A stretch of 63,984 bases of DNA, the filler included, from Dimargaris cristalligena (lineage: Eukaryota): assembly GCA_003614675.1 (NCBI GenBank). It is 14 parts of 14 records of this genome, joined end to end, with 100 filler letters (N's around TTAATTAATTAA, not from the genome) between each part and the next. Parts side by side here need not be neighbours in the genome. Positions count along the whole stretch, not along the records: positions 1 to 4,515 come from ML003761.1; positions 4,616 to 9,135 come from ML003762.1; positions 9,236 to 13,743 come from ML003763.1; 11 more parts are not named here. One strand, written 5' to 3'. The translations under genes were made by a program, and so were the position numbers. Within the stretch, counting starts at the first letter, position 1. Each line of letters opens with the position of its first letter. Of this stretch, positions 1 to 13,289 are shown in pieces. The notes beneath the pieces are model-generated. The model saw only the letters and a list, made by a program, of their open reading frames with translations. It was not told where the DNA came from and ran no database searches.

Positions 1-72
1 AATATGGCGCTATACGGCCTGATATGACGGCGGTCATATCGGTTGGATTAGGACGGATTAGGAGGGGCGACA
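1..72 (-). mobile_element. Terminal fragment of LTR family A (CpG-rich, young copy)
   Basis: Ends GGATTAGGAGGGGCGACA, matching the end of the complete solo LTR at 49159-49727 (GGTTAGGAGGGGTGACA). Confidence 0.8.
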
Positions 73-302
73 AAGATAATATAATGATTTAAAATTAAAA
101 ATTAAAAATAACTATACTTCTACTGGTATGGGTTTAATTTAGACCCGGCAACCATTGTGGATAACAATGATAATTATAATAAGACTATGACTAACGAAAC
201 TAAAACTAACCATCTAAATCCTGATAAAATGATCCATCCAGCAACCCCCCCCCCCTGAGTATGGGGGCCAAAAATACAAGCGGTAGTAGCAGAGGATTGC
301 AA

Positions 303-1403
303 TTAAATCGTGGTGATACAGCCACTGAGCAGTCGATACATTTCTTTATCTAAGCTGTTATCCAACTTAAAAGCAATCAAGCGCGCCTCATTGAAACCAG
401 CCAAGCTCTCCTGAGAAACATCGGAATAGTCACTGCCCCGCCGGTCGACTCTCAATGATTTTACCGTCGTTTTACCAGTGTACACCGGGAAGTCGGCCTT
501 CGACAATATTGTACTCTGAGGGACGTCACTGCGCGGCTTAATTGTCCGCAATTCTAAGTAGGTATATTTATCGAGGTCCACCTGCTGCCCAGGTTTAACC
601 AAATTTGGGTCATACCCGTTCCCATTACTTCCCAGGATCTGAAAGATGGTTGTTAGACGTTTGATTGCAGTAGCATTGATTTTGGAGTCTTTGCTAAGTT
701 TCGTCCGTGACATCCAATGGGTAATGTAGCTGGGAAGTGCGTGGTAGGATTTCTTTAGATACGATTTTTTCCGTTGTTCGTATTTCGGAGCTGACGAGTA
801 CTCGGGATCGAAAATCTTAGGTTGAACCTTGTCAAGAAAAAACTGACATAATACCGTATCGCTTTGCTTAAAGATTGGCATGGATCCTAACGAGTCAGAA
901 TGGCTGGTGTCGGTGGAGGGCTGTATCAACCCTGAAGTGCGTATAGGGGGGTAATCTGAGTCGCCCATCGCCATGGGTTGGCCCGCTGTAGGATTCCCCA
1001 CTGGTGAGTTAGGCTCGATGGAATCCGTATCCGAGTTCGACCATCCATCCTCTTCTGGACTTTCGATGATCGGGTATAGCACACCTTTCTTGTATTGTTT
1101 TGGTTTGAGGATATCCTCAGGGGCGTCGGCATTGACATTATCCGATACAGGTGAATTAGGCAGGGAGTCGTCATCGTTGGTTGCGAAGTCAGGCCAGTTG
1201 TAGTTAGAGGGGTATTCCTTATTCGGATATGGTTCATTATCTGAGAGGTCATACTGAGGGACTTTATCCAGGTTGGTCAGGCGTGAGTTTTCCAACGAGG
1301 CTAAGAACATCGGATTTGCCCGATTAGCCGGTACATTATCAATGGCAGCTACTTGGGTGACAGTAGCAGCTAAAGCCAGAAGAAATATAATGCTGAGACG
1401 CAT
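303..1403 (-). CDS. Orphan secreted protein, 366 aa
   Basis: Intronless ORF with a signal peptide (MRLSIIFLLALAATVTQVAA), an acidic Pro/Ser-rich N-terminal half with two DS-x(1-2)-PNSPV motifs and a basic C-terminal half; upstream TATA-like motif near 1690. No family recognised. Confidence 0.75.
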   Translation of the reverse strand: MRLSIIFLLALAATVTQVAAIDNVPANRANPMFLASLENSRLTNLDKVPQYDLSDNEPYPNKEYPSNYNWPDFATNDDDSLPNSPVSDNVNADAPEDILKPKQYKKGVLYPIIESPEEDGWSNSDTDSIEPNSPVGNPTAGQPMAMGDSDYPPIRTSGLIQPSTDTSHSDSLGSMPIFKQSDTVLCQFFLDKVQPKIFDPEYSSAPKYEQRKKSYLKKSYHALPSYITHWMSRTKLSKDSKINATAIKRLTTIFQILGSNGNGYDPNLVKPGQQVDLDKYTYLELRTIKPRSDVPQSTILSKADFPVYTGKTTVKSLRVDRRGSDYSDVSQESLAGFNEARLIAFKLDNSLDKEMYRLLSGCITTI

Positions 1404-2406
1404 ATTAGAGGAGTAGGTGATATTAAGGGAGAAAATAAAAGTCGATAAAGGAGGGCCGAATCAAGGTGAAACGTCCGGTTTTTAAAATGAGATATAATGG
1501 TCAAATGGGACCACTGCTCACTTGGTGTGAAGTTAGTTAATTCGATAAAGTGGTGGATAGCAGCCTGTAGCCTAGGGAAAGGGAAACTTGGGGTAAAAAT
1601 TTGAGAACAGGTCATGTGAGAAGAATTTGTGAGGACTAATAAAGCATGAGTTACAGTTGCTGCTCCAACTAAGAGGAGAAAATAACAGGGTTTATATAGT
1701 GTTTTTACCCGATGCCCTTCATCCGGCTGCCCTTGTGCCCTGAGCGGGAAGGCTGGGCATGAACTCTGTTAATACACTGTAAAAACCCTGCTCCCAGCTA
1801 GCCTCGGAAAAATTTTTGAACAATAATGGGGTGCAAGAATAGCGAGTATTCATGGTGTATCCGAACCGATATGGGGCCCACCTCTTTCGGCCAATTCATT
1901 GCATCCTCTTGGGGAAAATGGGAACATATTTACAGACGTAAGGCTGTAACTTTACCCCGAATAGCATAGGTTCAGCGGAAACTCCTATTATAGGCCAAGG
2001 AGGTTCGACGAGTCGGAAGAGAAGTTGAAAGGGCTAGGTGCCGCTCCCCCTACCGTCCAATACCTCACCCCCGTAAAATACAGCACAAAGAGATCGATGA
2101 ACCGGTCCCTAATTCCGTATAAAGAACTATTGGTTGGGCTAATGCTCCAAGAAAGAAGACTTGGAGGTTTGGGGTTTACCTCCGGGCATCCTCTTCCAGC
2201 CTCCACTTCCTCCTCATGAATGGAATTTTCGTCCCGATGGCGAACTGTAGCGCAGTTGTTCTATTCAAAAGATAACATAGACTAGTATGAATCAAGGTGT
2301 AGATAGCCTTACCTTGCCTGGGGGAACTCATGCCGTCCATCTTTAAACACGCTACAAAAATAGGGCAGCTAGGCAAACGTTCTATATGTATTTTACTAAG
2401 GAATGT

Positions 2407-2549
2407 ATATGGGTGAAATTCGGCCCGTCTGTATAAGATTTTGATGATAAATATATAGGAGATTAGGCGAGGGAGTCATTTTCAGCCAGTAATATTTGCC
2501 TTATCCAACGGATTTTTCGTTATATAGCCTAGTTGAATTTTTCACATAA
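2407..2549 (+). mobile_element. 144-bp MITE family copy (diverged)
   Basis: ATATGGGTGAAATTC...CTGTATAAG...GGATTTTTCGTTATATAGCC...TTCACATA, homologous to copies at 38036 and 46467. Confidence 0.75.
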
Positions 2550-2931
2550 AGTTTATTGCTAAGTCATTCATTTATAAACCTGCACATTCAGGTAAGATTC
2601 CTAAACTTATAAACGTACCAGGTAAGTTATAGACCGAATACAGATAGTTAATTCGAAAAGGGATCCCCCAAAAGGGGGCATATAATAACCAATACAATAC
2701 TATACTTTCACTACATAATCTAAATAATTGGTTACCACCAATTCTATTGTACTGTTCTTCGGCTGAACTGGAAACCGGACACTATATTTCGACAATGTGA
2801 CGGTTGACTGCACGGTATATCGTCGTTGGTGCCATGTCTGGAAGACAACTGGAGGTAGAAGAGGTGTGTCTTTTTGGGAATTCTTTCGGGGGCTATAACC
2901 GTCCTTGCCATCGATTCCGGCCTTACCTTAA

Positions 2932-3777
<846 letters not shown>

Positions 3778-4408
3778 GGTGGTGGTGATGATGATGATGA
3801 TGATGACGTTGAATGATTCGGGGAGTGAAAGAAAGGCTCGAATGGGCTAGTCCGTCAAAGGAAGGGTATACAATTGCTGGTCTGGAGAGATTGTTGAAAT
3901 GCCGATTGCTGTGTAATTATTGGTAAGAGTAGGTCGACCATGTCGCCCTTTATATAAAATACGGCGAGTCATGAATGAACTCATACGGCTACTGCTCTAT
4001 CGAACTTTCTACATTAAAATTGCCCAGCCAATTACTGGAGTATACCGGGGGGGTACACAGAATTTAATGGCCCTGCGAATTATCGCCAGTGGTGAATAGT
4101 CTTGGAAAAAATGTACAGAGGGATAGTGAAAGTCCACAGAAATATTAAATGCCGGTGGGTCGAGGAACCCTTGTTAAGTTACACTCAGGATGATTGATTC
4201 TTCGCACTCCAGTCTGTTCAACGCCTCTAAAAGAATGCATTTCATGGGAGGAGGATGCGTATACTGTAGCCACGGAGGCACTAAAAGTAGGCACGCAATA
4301 GGGAATCATGCCAAATAGGACAGAAGTCCCCCTTTACTGTTTAACTTCCACTAAACGGCCCCATTAAACTATTGTACGGTAAAAAAAGTCATGTCGGTAG
4401 TTTTATCT

Positions 4409-4515
4409 ATATGGGAGTAGTTCAACAAGGCTGTATAACGAAAAATCCATTTGATGAGGCAAGTACTACTGGTTGAAAATAAACATCCCACCAAGTTTCC
4501 CATACACATATCGGT
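4409..4515 (-). mobile_element. 144-bp MITE copy truncated by scaffold end
   Basis: ATATGGGAGTAGTTCAACAAGGCTGTATAACGAAAAATCC..., matching the copy at 60926-61069. Confidence 0.8.
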
Positions 4516-4615
4516 NNNNNNNNNNNNNNNNNNNNNNNNNNNNNNNNNNNNNNNNNNNNTTAATTAATTAANNNNNNNNNNNNNNNNNNNNNNNNNNNNN
4601 NNNNNNNNNNNNNNN
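4516..4615. other. Artificial scaffold linker (first of 13)
   Basis: 44 N + TTAATTAATTAA (stops in all frames) + 44 N. Identical linkers at 9136-9235, 13744-13843, 18349-18448, 22951-23050, 27552-27651, 32152-32251, 36749-36848, 41342-41441, 45936-46035, 50523-50622, 55108-55207 and 59690-59789. Scaffold lengths fall from about 4520 to 4482, i.e. size-sorted concatenation. Confidence 0.98.
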
Positions 4616-4698
4616 TGGCCGTGTCCAACGCCCCGCCTACTGTTAGAAGCCTATCCCCGAGACTCTTGACGGACTAAGAGTGATTAACTCGGGCGACA
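4616..4698 (+). mobile_element. LTR family A end (young, CpG-rich), truncated by scaffold start
   Basis: ...GAGACTCTTGACGGACTAAGAGTGATTAACTCGGGCGACA; inverted relative to the copy starting at 4750. Confidence 0.85.
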
Positions 4699-4749
4699 TC
4701 CCCATTGCCCGGATATTGACAAATGGTTTCCTATCCAGAGCAATTGGGG

Positions 4750-5324
4750 TGTCACCCAGGTTAACCACTCTTAGTCTGTCAAGAGTCCCAAGGATAGGCT
4801 TCTAATGGTAGGCAGGGCTTAGACTTGGCTAGGCAACTACTAGTATTAGTATGAGGGGCACAGTACTAACCAATAAAGGATAGGCATAGGTATATGTAAG
4901 GGACATGTAGCAGCACACTTACTAGTTAGTACAAAAGGGGGGTGAGCATATATAGAGTTTATTGAGGTAAACTGGGGGGTATGAATAAGCTAAGGAATTG
5001 AACTGGTCCACAATGGGGCCTGGTTATATATACATGGGGACAGCTCCAGAGGGATGTCCCAAGGGGAGATACTACTAAACTACAGTATAGTCTGACTAGA
5101 TGGCTTTGTATCTGGAAGACTCTTATGGGAACTGGAAGAGTCTTTGGATCAGTGGGTTAAGAGTTCTGTGCAAAGCATTAGAACTGGAAGGAGAAGGGTT
5201 ATATAATAAATGATAATCCCATAGTACTGGAGGTGACTATGGGAGGGTTAATATGGTGCTATAAGGCCTAATAAGGGTAGATGATTGTTGATTCTGGATT
5301 TAGGTCCGATTAGGAGGGCTAACA
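4750..5324 (-). mobile_element. Solo LTR, family A (575 bp), TSD TGGGG
   Basis: TGTCACCC...CTAACA termini; TGGGG at 4745-4749 and 5325-5329; TATATAA motif and AATAAA on the minus strand. Confidence 0.9.
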
Positions 5325-5656
5325 TGGGGTACTCAGAACATAAATCAGTGGAATGGACTTCACTTGTTTATATATATCTTCACACTGTCCAATTATTGGC
5401 TTTGAGTATAGTAGCAGTGCTATCAAATCACTAAACTAGATCCATAGTCACTGGGATTATAAGTGCATATTATGTTTATTTACAAAAAGTCAGAGCAAAA
5501 ATTCCCATTGATCAAATTGACCAATTTTACTGAAATTGTAATAAATCTACTGAAGGAATATGTTGAGTAGATGACAGTAGTATGGCATATGAAGATGTAA
5601 TACTGGTCCAGGGATATAACTTAAGAAAAGCTGTTTGGTGAGAAAGATTCCAATTA

Positions 5657-6319
5657 TCAGACCTGGTTTTTAATTCCCAGATACCCAGCATTGGCAAATA
5701 GGGGTTTGGGACTGGCACTTTTGCTAATGCTATTGCTGGACTTATTTGACTTTCCGCCTTAACTTGTTGAGACAGTTGCATTTGCAGGTGTCTTGGAAAC
5801 TGAAGGAGCAGCCATGGGGGTTGAGGGTTTCTTGGCCGGGACAGGAATCATTGAAGGTGTGATATTCTTTTTTCCAGCAGCAGGATTCTGAACAGGGCCA
5901 GGAGTTTTCGAGGGTGACGAGGTGGCCTTTTTAGTTTCTGGATTCTTCACAGGGACAGGGATCTTTGAAGGCAATGGGGCTTACTTTTCAGGGGGAGCGT
6001 GCATCCGGTCCAGGGTTTGCTTCATATACATTTGACTGGCCAACAGTTTAGTTCCAAGTTTTTTCTTGAAAGCGTCTTTATCAGACTTTACCATTTGGTG
6101 GAAAGACATATTACTGGGGTTAGCTGAGTGGATCCCTCCTTCTTTCACCACGGGGGGACCACGGCGAAATAGTTGATGGTTGGTGTCATACGCTAAGGTC
6201 AGGCGGTGGATAAGTGGACCGGAGGGGGTGACTGTGGAAGCAGTGGGGATGCTGGATGCGATGGTCTGGGTGTAGATGGAGAGGGTCGCCAGAGTAAGCG
6301 CGGTGGTGACGAATTTCAT
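5657..6319 (-). pseudogene. Secreted Pro/Lys/Ser-rich protein interrupted by in-frame TAA codons
   Basis: Signal peptide MKFVTTALTLATLSIYTQTIA and an HQLFRR motif. After TAA at 5981-5983 the same frame continues as coding-like PSKIPVPVKNP repeats to TAA 5759-5761, then to TGA 5657-5659. Could instead be an intact 112-aa gene, or spliced at GTAAGC near 5984. Confidence 0.55.
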
Positions 6320-7286
6320 GGTGATAACAGCGGAAATGTAAGCGTGGGTGTAATAGCCTGTTAGAGATTATGAATGAAATATGGCCAATGTCGATGGATT
6401 GTAGTGCTACAATGTGAATAATAGGATAGCGAGGATGAATTGAAGGAGTAGATGATGAATATATTAGAAGGGCGGTCGAGCTTTTATTTATATCATGATG
6501 TTTATAGAGGGGCTTGTCGGTCTAATTTAGCTGAGAGGAGATGCAGCAAATACTTTGGGGTGAGACAAGTAAGTATTCCTCAAGCCAGCTGGCCGGCTTA
6601 TGGTAACAGTGCCCCAGACTGTCCCCAGCAAGCACAATGGTTTTCAAATAGTTAGCATACTCTGTAAGTGCAGCATGGGCAATTTCATTATGATGACCCA
6701 CAGTCAAAATGAATTCAGGTTGCCTATATTTAGCCCACCTCAGCTAGGCTGGACATCACCATGATTATGGGGTCATTGGGGGATAATCAGCAAGAGATGT
6801 TAGACAAATGTTTTTCCAATCTCATTAGAGTAATTCCACCCAATTAGTAATGATCAAAGAGTGGTGACACTCCCTGACCTTTATGGCAGTATAAATTAAA
6901 AATCGGCAAATCATGCTATAGAGAATCTGTCAAGAGCCCTGCATCCTACACCCTCTATGACTGGGCTTTATCATAAACCCCTGCTGGACACAGACCATCT
7001 CCACTACTAATTGCACTCAGACAGCTATGTAAAGACCACTCATAAACATTGTCCATTCCCTCATTGAATACATTTCTTTGATTCATATTGTTCCAGCCCT
7101 AAAGATTGCCATCACCCTCAAAGCACCTCTTAGTAATTAGAACTCCCATCAATCCCAACAACATCAACATCTTGACTATTCTCTAGGGTTTACATTTGAT
7201 ACATATAGGCAGAGGAGAGTAGTGATCTAGTAAGCATTGAGTGGCAGGCTATGGGAGAATAACTGTTATATACCCATCTGTTGGTT

Positions 7287-7702
7287 TGTTGATGCTGCAC
7301 CGCCAGGGTCACCCAATATGAGCCCAGATAACCAGATGACTGAACAGGCTAGTATGGCCCCCTATCATACCCTGGTCTCAGCTCATCTCAATAATACACT
7401 GGGGTTACAAATGCGGATAGTCATGGCATAATGGTACTGCATTCACTGTAGGCAAGCCCATTCCAAACATACCAGTACATAGGCCTTAGAACCCCAGCAT
7501 GGTGCAGCACACCTCTGGATTGGGAAACCAATGGGCCTAACTGATCAATATAACTCATATTAGTTAACAATTAAAGGATGTTCCAGTATATAAAGAACCA
7601 GTTGGGTAGCCCGGAGGTTGTTCCCTGGATGACTATACTCCCACTTGCTTATACACTTTAATATGCTCACTGGTTACTACATTTCCTTATACTTCATTAA
7701 TA
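7287..7702 (+). mobile_element. LTR-like family D, CpG-depleted copy
   Basis: Starts TGTTGATGCTGC and aligns along its length with 60395-60802. Confidence 0.75.
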
Positions 7703-7742
7703 AATAAAGTATTTATTATACCATATTATATTTCTTAACTAG

Positions 7743-7855
7743 TGTCATGACTGGTTAATTTGAACTATAAGAATAATTAGCCATACAAGTAAAAACCCAT
7801 ACCAATGGATGGGTAAATTAATATTAATGTTATAGAAATATATCCCCATTATCCT
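7743..7855 (+). repeat. Repeat family E (starts TGTCATGAC, LTR-like)
   Basis: Reverse-complement homolog at 13844-13963; right boundary not determined. Confidence 0.6.
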
Positions 7856-8074
7856 ACTGTGTTTTATTTCCATTATTATATTCCCTATATTATCTAGATA
7901 CTGATTCACATTCATTAGTCATCATTATTCTTTCCCTGCCCCTTAAGTCTGGATATAACCCCAACTGTTTTCCCATAGCTTACTCTTGAGCTTGCAACTT
8001 CTCTTTTGTTTTGCCTTATTCTGATATTTGTCTTAATAAACTTATTCTTGTCCTTTGAAGTCTGGTCCATCCTG

Positions 8075-8657
8075 TGGTACCTGGATTAATCACTCTTAGT
8101 CCATCAAGAGCCCCAAGGATAGGCTTCTAATGGTAAGTGGGGCTTAGGCTCAGCTAAATGTGCTACTAGTATTAGGTATGGGGCATGGTACTAACTAATT
8201 AAGGTCAAGTATAAGTATATGTAAGGGGTGTGTAGTTAGTACACCTACTAGTCAGTATAAGGGGAATAAGTATATATAGAGTTTTTTAGGGTAAACTAAG
8301 GGGAATATTAAGCTAAGGAATTTAATTAGTCCCAATGGGACCCAGTTATATATACATGGGGACAACTCCAGAGGGAGGTCCCAAGGGAAGGATACTATTA
8401 AGACTAAGGTATAGATAAATGGGCCAACCAGATGGCCACTAGTATCTGGAAGACTGTGAAGGTAACCAGAAGAGTCTTTGGATCAGTACTTGAGTGATTA
8501 GTGCAAAGAGCCAGAGTCCAGAAGGGGAAGGGTTATATGACATAGGATGATCCCATAGTACCGGGGGTGACTATATAAAGGTTAATATAGTACTATAAGG
8601 ACTTATAGGGTTGGAAATCTAAGCTAGCAGTATTAGGGTGGATTAAATGGTCTTACA
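8075..8657 (-). mobile_element. Degenerate solo LTR, family A
   Basis: CACTCTTAGTCCATCAAGAG...GATAGGCTTCTAATGGTA core, colinear with 4750-5324; TSD not clearly preserved. Confidence 0.8.
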
Positions 8658-8953
8658 TTCCCTAGATGCTGAGTAATTATTATTCAAATCTAAAAATGCA
8701 AAATATTGCTACACTATTTGGAGCCACTATATATGAGAAGTAAGGTGACAGTGACTGCTATTCCAGGACACAGTAGAATGATCAGTAGAGTAATTTATTT
8801 TAATTTTAGGCAGGTAAGGGCTTTAGTCAAACTATGTAGACCCAACAAAGTAGGGTGTTGGTAATGCAGACTTGTAGACACCTCATAAAAGACTAGCTAC
8901 CTAGGGCAGAATATATGAAAATAAGCCAATTTGCACCTATTGAATATAGGCCA

Positions 8954-9135
8954 TGTGGTGAACTTACTACATTTTTTACCTACTTTTATTTTTTATCTAT
9001 TTTTGTATTTATTGGAAGTGAGCCCCTGACAAGTGAATATGCCCCTGCCCCTGCCCCTGCCCCTAATGCGTATAGTCATTTTTCCTCCAATTTCATTATT
9101 ATATTATTTTTTCTATTATTATATTTTATACACTT
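8954..9135 (+). repeat. Repeat family F (starts TGTGGTGAA, LTR-like, contains (GCCCCT)n)
   Basis: Reverse-complement homologs end at 9619 and 37048. Confidence 0.7.
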
Positions 9136-9339
9136 NNNNNNNNNNNNNNNNNNNNNNNNNNNNNNNNNNNNNNNNNNNNTTAATTAATTAANNNNNNNNN
9201 NNNNNNNNNNNNNNNNNNNNNNNNNNNNNNNNNNNTCCCAGAATATTGGATGACTAAGCAGAGGGAAAGGGAGGGGAGTTCCCAGACAATAGTATTAGTC
9301 ATCACAAAGGATAGGTGATACTTGGGTAACTAATAAATT

Positions 9340-9619
9340 CAATATGAAATAATAGAAGGAAAAAGGGAAAGGGAGAAAGCTATTTTTAACTGAATTTTGA
9401 ATAGGGGTGTAATTAGGCCAGGGGTGTATTATAGATAAGGGTATAAAATATAATAATAGAAAAAATCCTATAATAATGAAAATGGAGGAAAAATGACTAT
9501 ACTCATTAGGGGCAGGGGCAGGGGCAGGGGCTTATTCACTTGTCAGGGGCTCACTTCCAATAAATACAAAAAACAGATAAAAAATAAAAGTAGGTAAAAA
9601 ATGTGGTAGGTTTACCACA
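9340..9619 (-). repeat. Repeat family F copy abutting a truncated family A LTR
   Basis: GGGGCAGGGGCAGGGGCAGGGGCTTATTCACTTGTCAGGGGCTCACTTCC...TTTACCACA; left boundary approximate. Confidence 0.7.
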
Positions 9620-9944
9620 GTAATATCTTCCTTCAGGGACCTTCCTTTGGAGTCATCCCCTGTGTATATATAACTGGCCCTCACTGGGACCAGTTAGATC
9701 CCTTAGCATATTCTCATTACCCTATTTACCTTAATAAACCCTATATATGCTTACCCCCTCATATTAGCTAGTAAATGTACCCACTGCATGTCCCTTGTAT
9801 AGCTGATTGCATAGGCCTTTATTGGTTAGTATCATACCTGTACCTAATACTAGTAACCTTCTTGGCTAAGTCTAAGCCCCACCTACTATTAGAAGCCTAT
9901 CCTTAGGGCTCTTGATAGACTAAAAATGGTTAACCCAGGTAATA
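9620..9944 (+). mobile_element. Partial LTR, family A
   Basis: ...AGAAGCCTATCCTTAGGGCTCTTGATAGACTAAAAATGGTTAACCCAGGTAATA, a decayed family A terminus. Confidence 0.8.
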
Positions 9945-10289
9945 TTACTATTCTTATTTCTTTTATTATTTTATTTGTTTATATTTGAAGTTTTGGTAGC
10001 CCCAAGTATTAAGTTTATTATAAAATTTATATATATATTTTTTATCAACCGATAACACAATAACACCCAAGATAATGGTATATAATGCAATGGACAACAG
10101 AGAACCCAGGGGTAACTTCCCCAAAGTTGCCTTGGTCTTGGCCCCCTTGAAACAGATCAAGCCCAACCCTCCACATCACTTGACTAAGATAGTTAAACTA
10201 TCTGGGGACAGTAAACTGGAGATTTCTCCTACTGCTAACCCTCCAAAGGACATTCCAGCAGAGCCCCTCAAAATATTGGCATCATACTT

Positions 10290-10689
10290 AATATATAGAT
10301 CTATTATTGTTTCTCTGTCTTACTTCCACTGTAAATCCTATATAGCCAACATCACCACATACTGTAAGGTGAACCAAATGCTCAATCACTAAAAATAATG
10401 CAGTTTGCTCATTAATATATTATTCATATACTGTTTGGGGTATCTTTACATCAAAAGTACCAAGATAACACTTTCCTCCCCTAAATATTTTATAGTATAT
10501 GATTAGCATTTTAGACTAGAAGTTATATAATGTTAAGCATATATCCACTAAGATTAATTAATATGACCTCTATTATCATACCACTAAACTTAATTTTATC
10601 CACAATTTACCTCTTAGTATCTAATAAACATTAAATGATATCTCTAATTGTGGATGGGTTATAACAAAAACCAACAATAAATTACCCAT
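10290..10689 (+). repeat. About 400-bp diverged direct repeat, copy 1
   Basis: Colinear with 13290-13689 at a 3000-bp offset (shared GACTAGAAGTTATA, ATATGACCTCTATTATC, AACAATAAATTACCCAT). Confidence 0.8.
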
Positions 10690-10700
10690 CTTGAAGGCTG

Positions 10701-11105
10701 TGTCACCTGGGTTATCCACTCTTAGTCCATCAAGAGTCCCAGGGGTAGGCTTCTAATGATAGGCGGGGCTTAGGCTTAGCTAAGCAGGCAACTAGTGTTA
10801 GGTATGGTCTGGTACTAACCCAATAAAGGCAGGTGGGGTATAGCTATGTAAGGGACATGTAGTGATGCACACTTACTGGTCAGTATAAGAGCGGGTGAGC
10901 ATATATGGAGTTTATTGAGTAAACTAAGGAGGGAATAATAAGCTGGGGCTCCTAACCAGTCCCAATGGGGCCCAGTTATATATATGCAGGGGACTACTCC
11001 AGAGGGAGGTTCCAAGGGAAGAACTATATAATTAAACTATTGATAAGTAAGCTAGTCAGCCAGTCCTTGTATTGGGAAGACTTTCATGGGAACTGGAAGA
11101 CTCTA
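10701..11105 (-). mobile_element. Partial LTR, family A
   Basis: Starts TGTCACCTGGGTTATCCACTCTTAGTCCATCAAGAGTC; similarity fades after GGAACTGGAAGA near 11100. Confidence 0.85.
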
Positions 11106-13289
11106 CAATCTACTTTCCAGCTTTTTTACTAAGGACGTGCCAAAACATTTGCAATACTATAATGGTTACATACCTTACCTATCTCTTTCCAAGGTTTACT
11201 AATCTCTTGCAGTATAATTCCCTTATTGATTTGATTGATTTATTATAATGTCCAAATGGATAGTTAGAATAAGAAAATGTTGATAGTTCCGGTATGACAC
11301 CTATTAGCTATTGATGTTTAAATAATCATTTGGTTGACTGTGTTAAATGGAAGGACACGGTTCTTTTAGCAATGCTGATTATAGTAGGTCAGTCTTTGGA
11401 GAACAAAATTTGTAACGTCTTGGGGGCTAAGCCCCACAAAGCCACTCGATTCAATAGTGTATGTCCAATAAATGGTATTGAAGCCTTTCATCACTGATGC
11501 TACACCATTGGGCCACTCAACCTCATTTTCATTGTCAAGACCTTGTACCACACCAATAGTAACTGTCCCACTGACAGCATACACCTGCAAAATATAAATT
11601 AAACCACAGACGCACTTTCATTTTGATATTTATTGAATATATAAACCTTTAAAATATAACTAAGAAATCCCGAATTTAGTGGGGTATATAGAAAATAACC
11701 CTGCTATACTTGCAGGTACCCCCTGAGGGACTCAGATGAGGGTGGGGAAAAGCGGAGGTGGTGGGGGACCTCCCTCCGGCAATAGGCGCTGGAAATCCGG
11801 CTTATGTACCGGATAATCCCTCCCCAGAATATGGGAGGGATCAATGGAATGATCCCAGAGGAGGCTAGTAAGAAATTGATATATCTGCATTCCTGCAGTA
11901 GACTGGCTTCAAAAACTTAGGGTTACTAGGGAGTGTAATATAAAACTCGTCCTTCTATTGTAACTTTGTTTATGACCAATGAATCCAATGAAATGAGTAT
12001 GATCAGAAATTTGGAGAGAACGGGCCATTTGCTCTTTTTATATCCCACTTGATAGTATCAAAATTTAATAGGTGCTTAAGGTTACTATGGTAACTCATTC
12101 CAGAGTAGCTTAAGCATATGTAAGATATTTACGGGTTCTATAGTCGGACAATAGCCCTCCTATTCAAGATTAATATTTGGAATAGCATAGGAGACATCTA
12201 TCAGCTTCACTATTTTCCTTTGTCTGACATTAAGCCTGAAGTTACAAAGTTATTTAACAAAGGAGTCACCACTTGGTGTTTCTTTCACACATTGTGATGT
12301 CGTAGACAATCCATACAAGGATATTAAGAAATCTTAAAATGTTTTATTTTAGGGAGCCTGGACCATCACCGCCGAGGAACCTGACAATGCTCATACCATT
12401 GCCAGTATTATTCCTAATTCCTCATGGGAAAGAATCAACCGGCTATGTTATTAAGGTGTGACCATTATGTCTGCTAAACGAGATACCACATGTCCGGCCT
12501 TTAATCACCCCATGATATACTCCTGGTATTGCGTCTCGAATTGTGAATATGTGATTAACTGTCGATTGTGAACTATCTGTAGTGCATTCTAAACAAAAAC
12601 CAACCATTGGACCCCCAAAAGTATAATAAAGGGCGAATATGTGTGAATTCTAATACCGGCTGTATTTCTATGGTGTTGATGGATAAGGCAAAGGGTGGAC
12701 CGGTGTACTAAGCGGAATGCAATCAGAAGGTTGTAAAGCAGCTTACGCCGTTTGTTTTCTGATGACTGTCATCTTAAATGTCTGAAGAATAGGTGTAGTT
12801 TCCTTCCTTATGGAGTTGGCCGAAACTACACTGTCTATACTAGTTTGGCACTGGCCCCGAATGAACTACTCACATGGCATGTCTTTACTCCCACTTGCAT
12901 GATGATAAGGTAAAAATTGATGTTCCTGGGGGTGGATCAAACTAATACAAGTAGGTAAGTTAATGCGTGATCAATGGTGTGGTGAGAGTGTGGAATAACA
13001 GATAATAGTTAGCATATCTACCAACTTGGCTAAATGCCATAATTATAAAAAAATAGCCCAATTCCCAAGGGAATATATACAGTGAACATGTTCCGAGAAA
13101 CCCGCTTATAATTTCATATACAATGGTAGACTTCACCCGATAGCCTACCACACGTTCAGACCCACTTGCCAATATTAATGCTTTCTAAGAAAATCCAATT
13201 CTTAAGTGATCTTTGCCCAAATAGCAACAACGTCCATAATATAGGCCCAATATATGGGCAACTGGTGTGGATATCAATATATTTATCTT

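Noticed and set aside
11366..11900. Short ORF fragments between the direct repeats
   Set aside because: No recognisable domain and no consistent spliced model.
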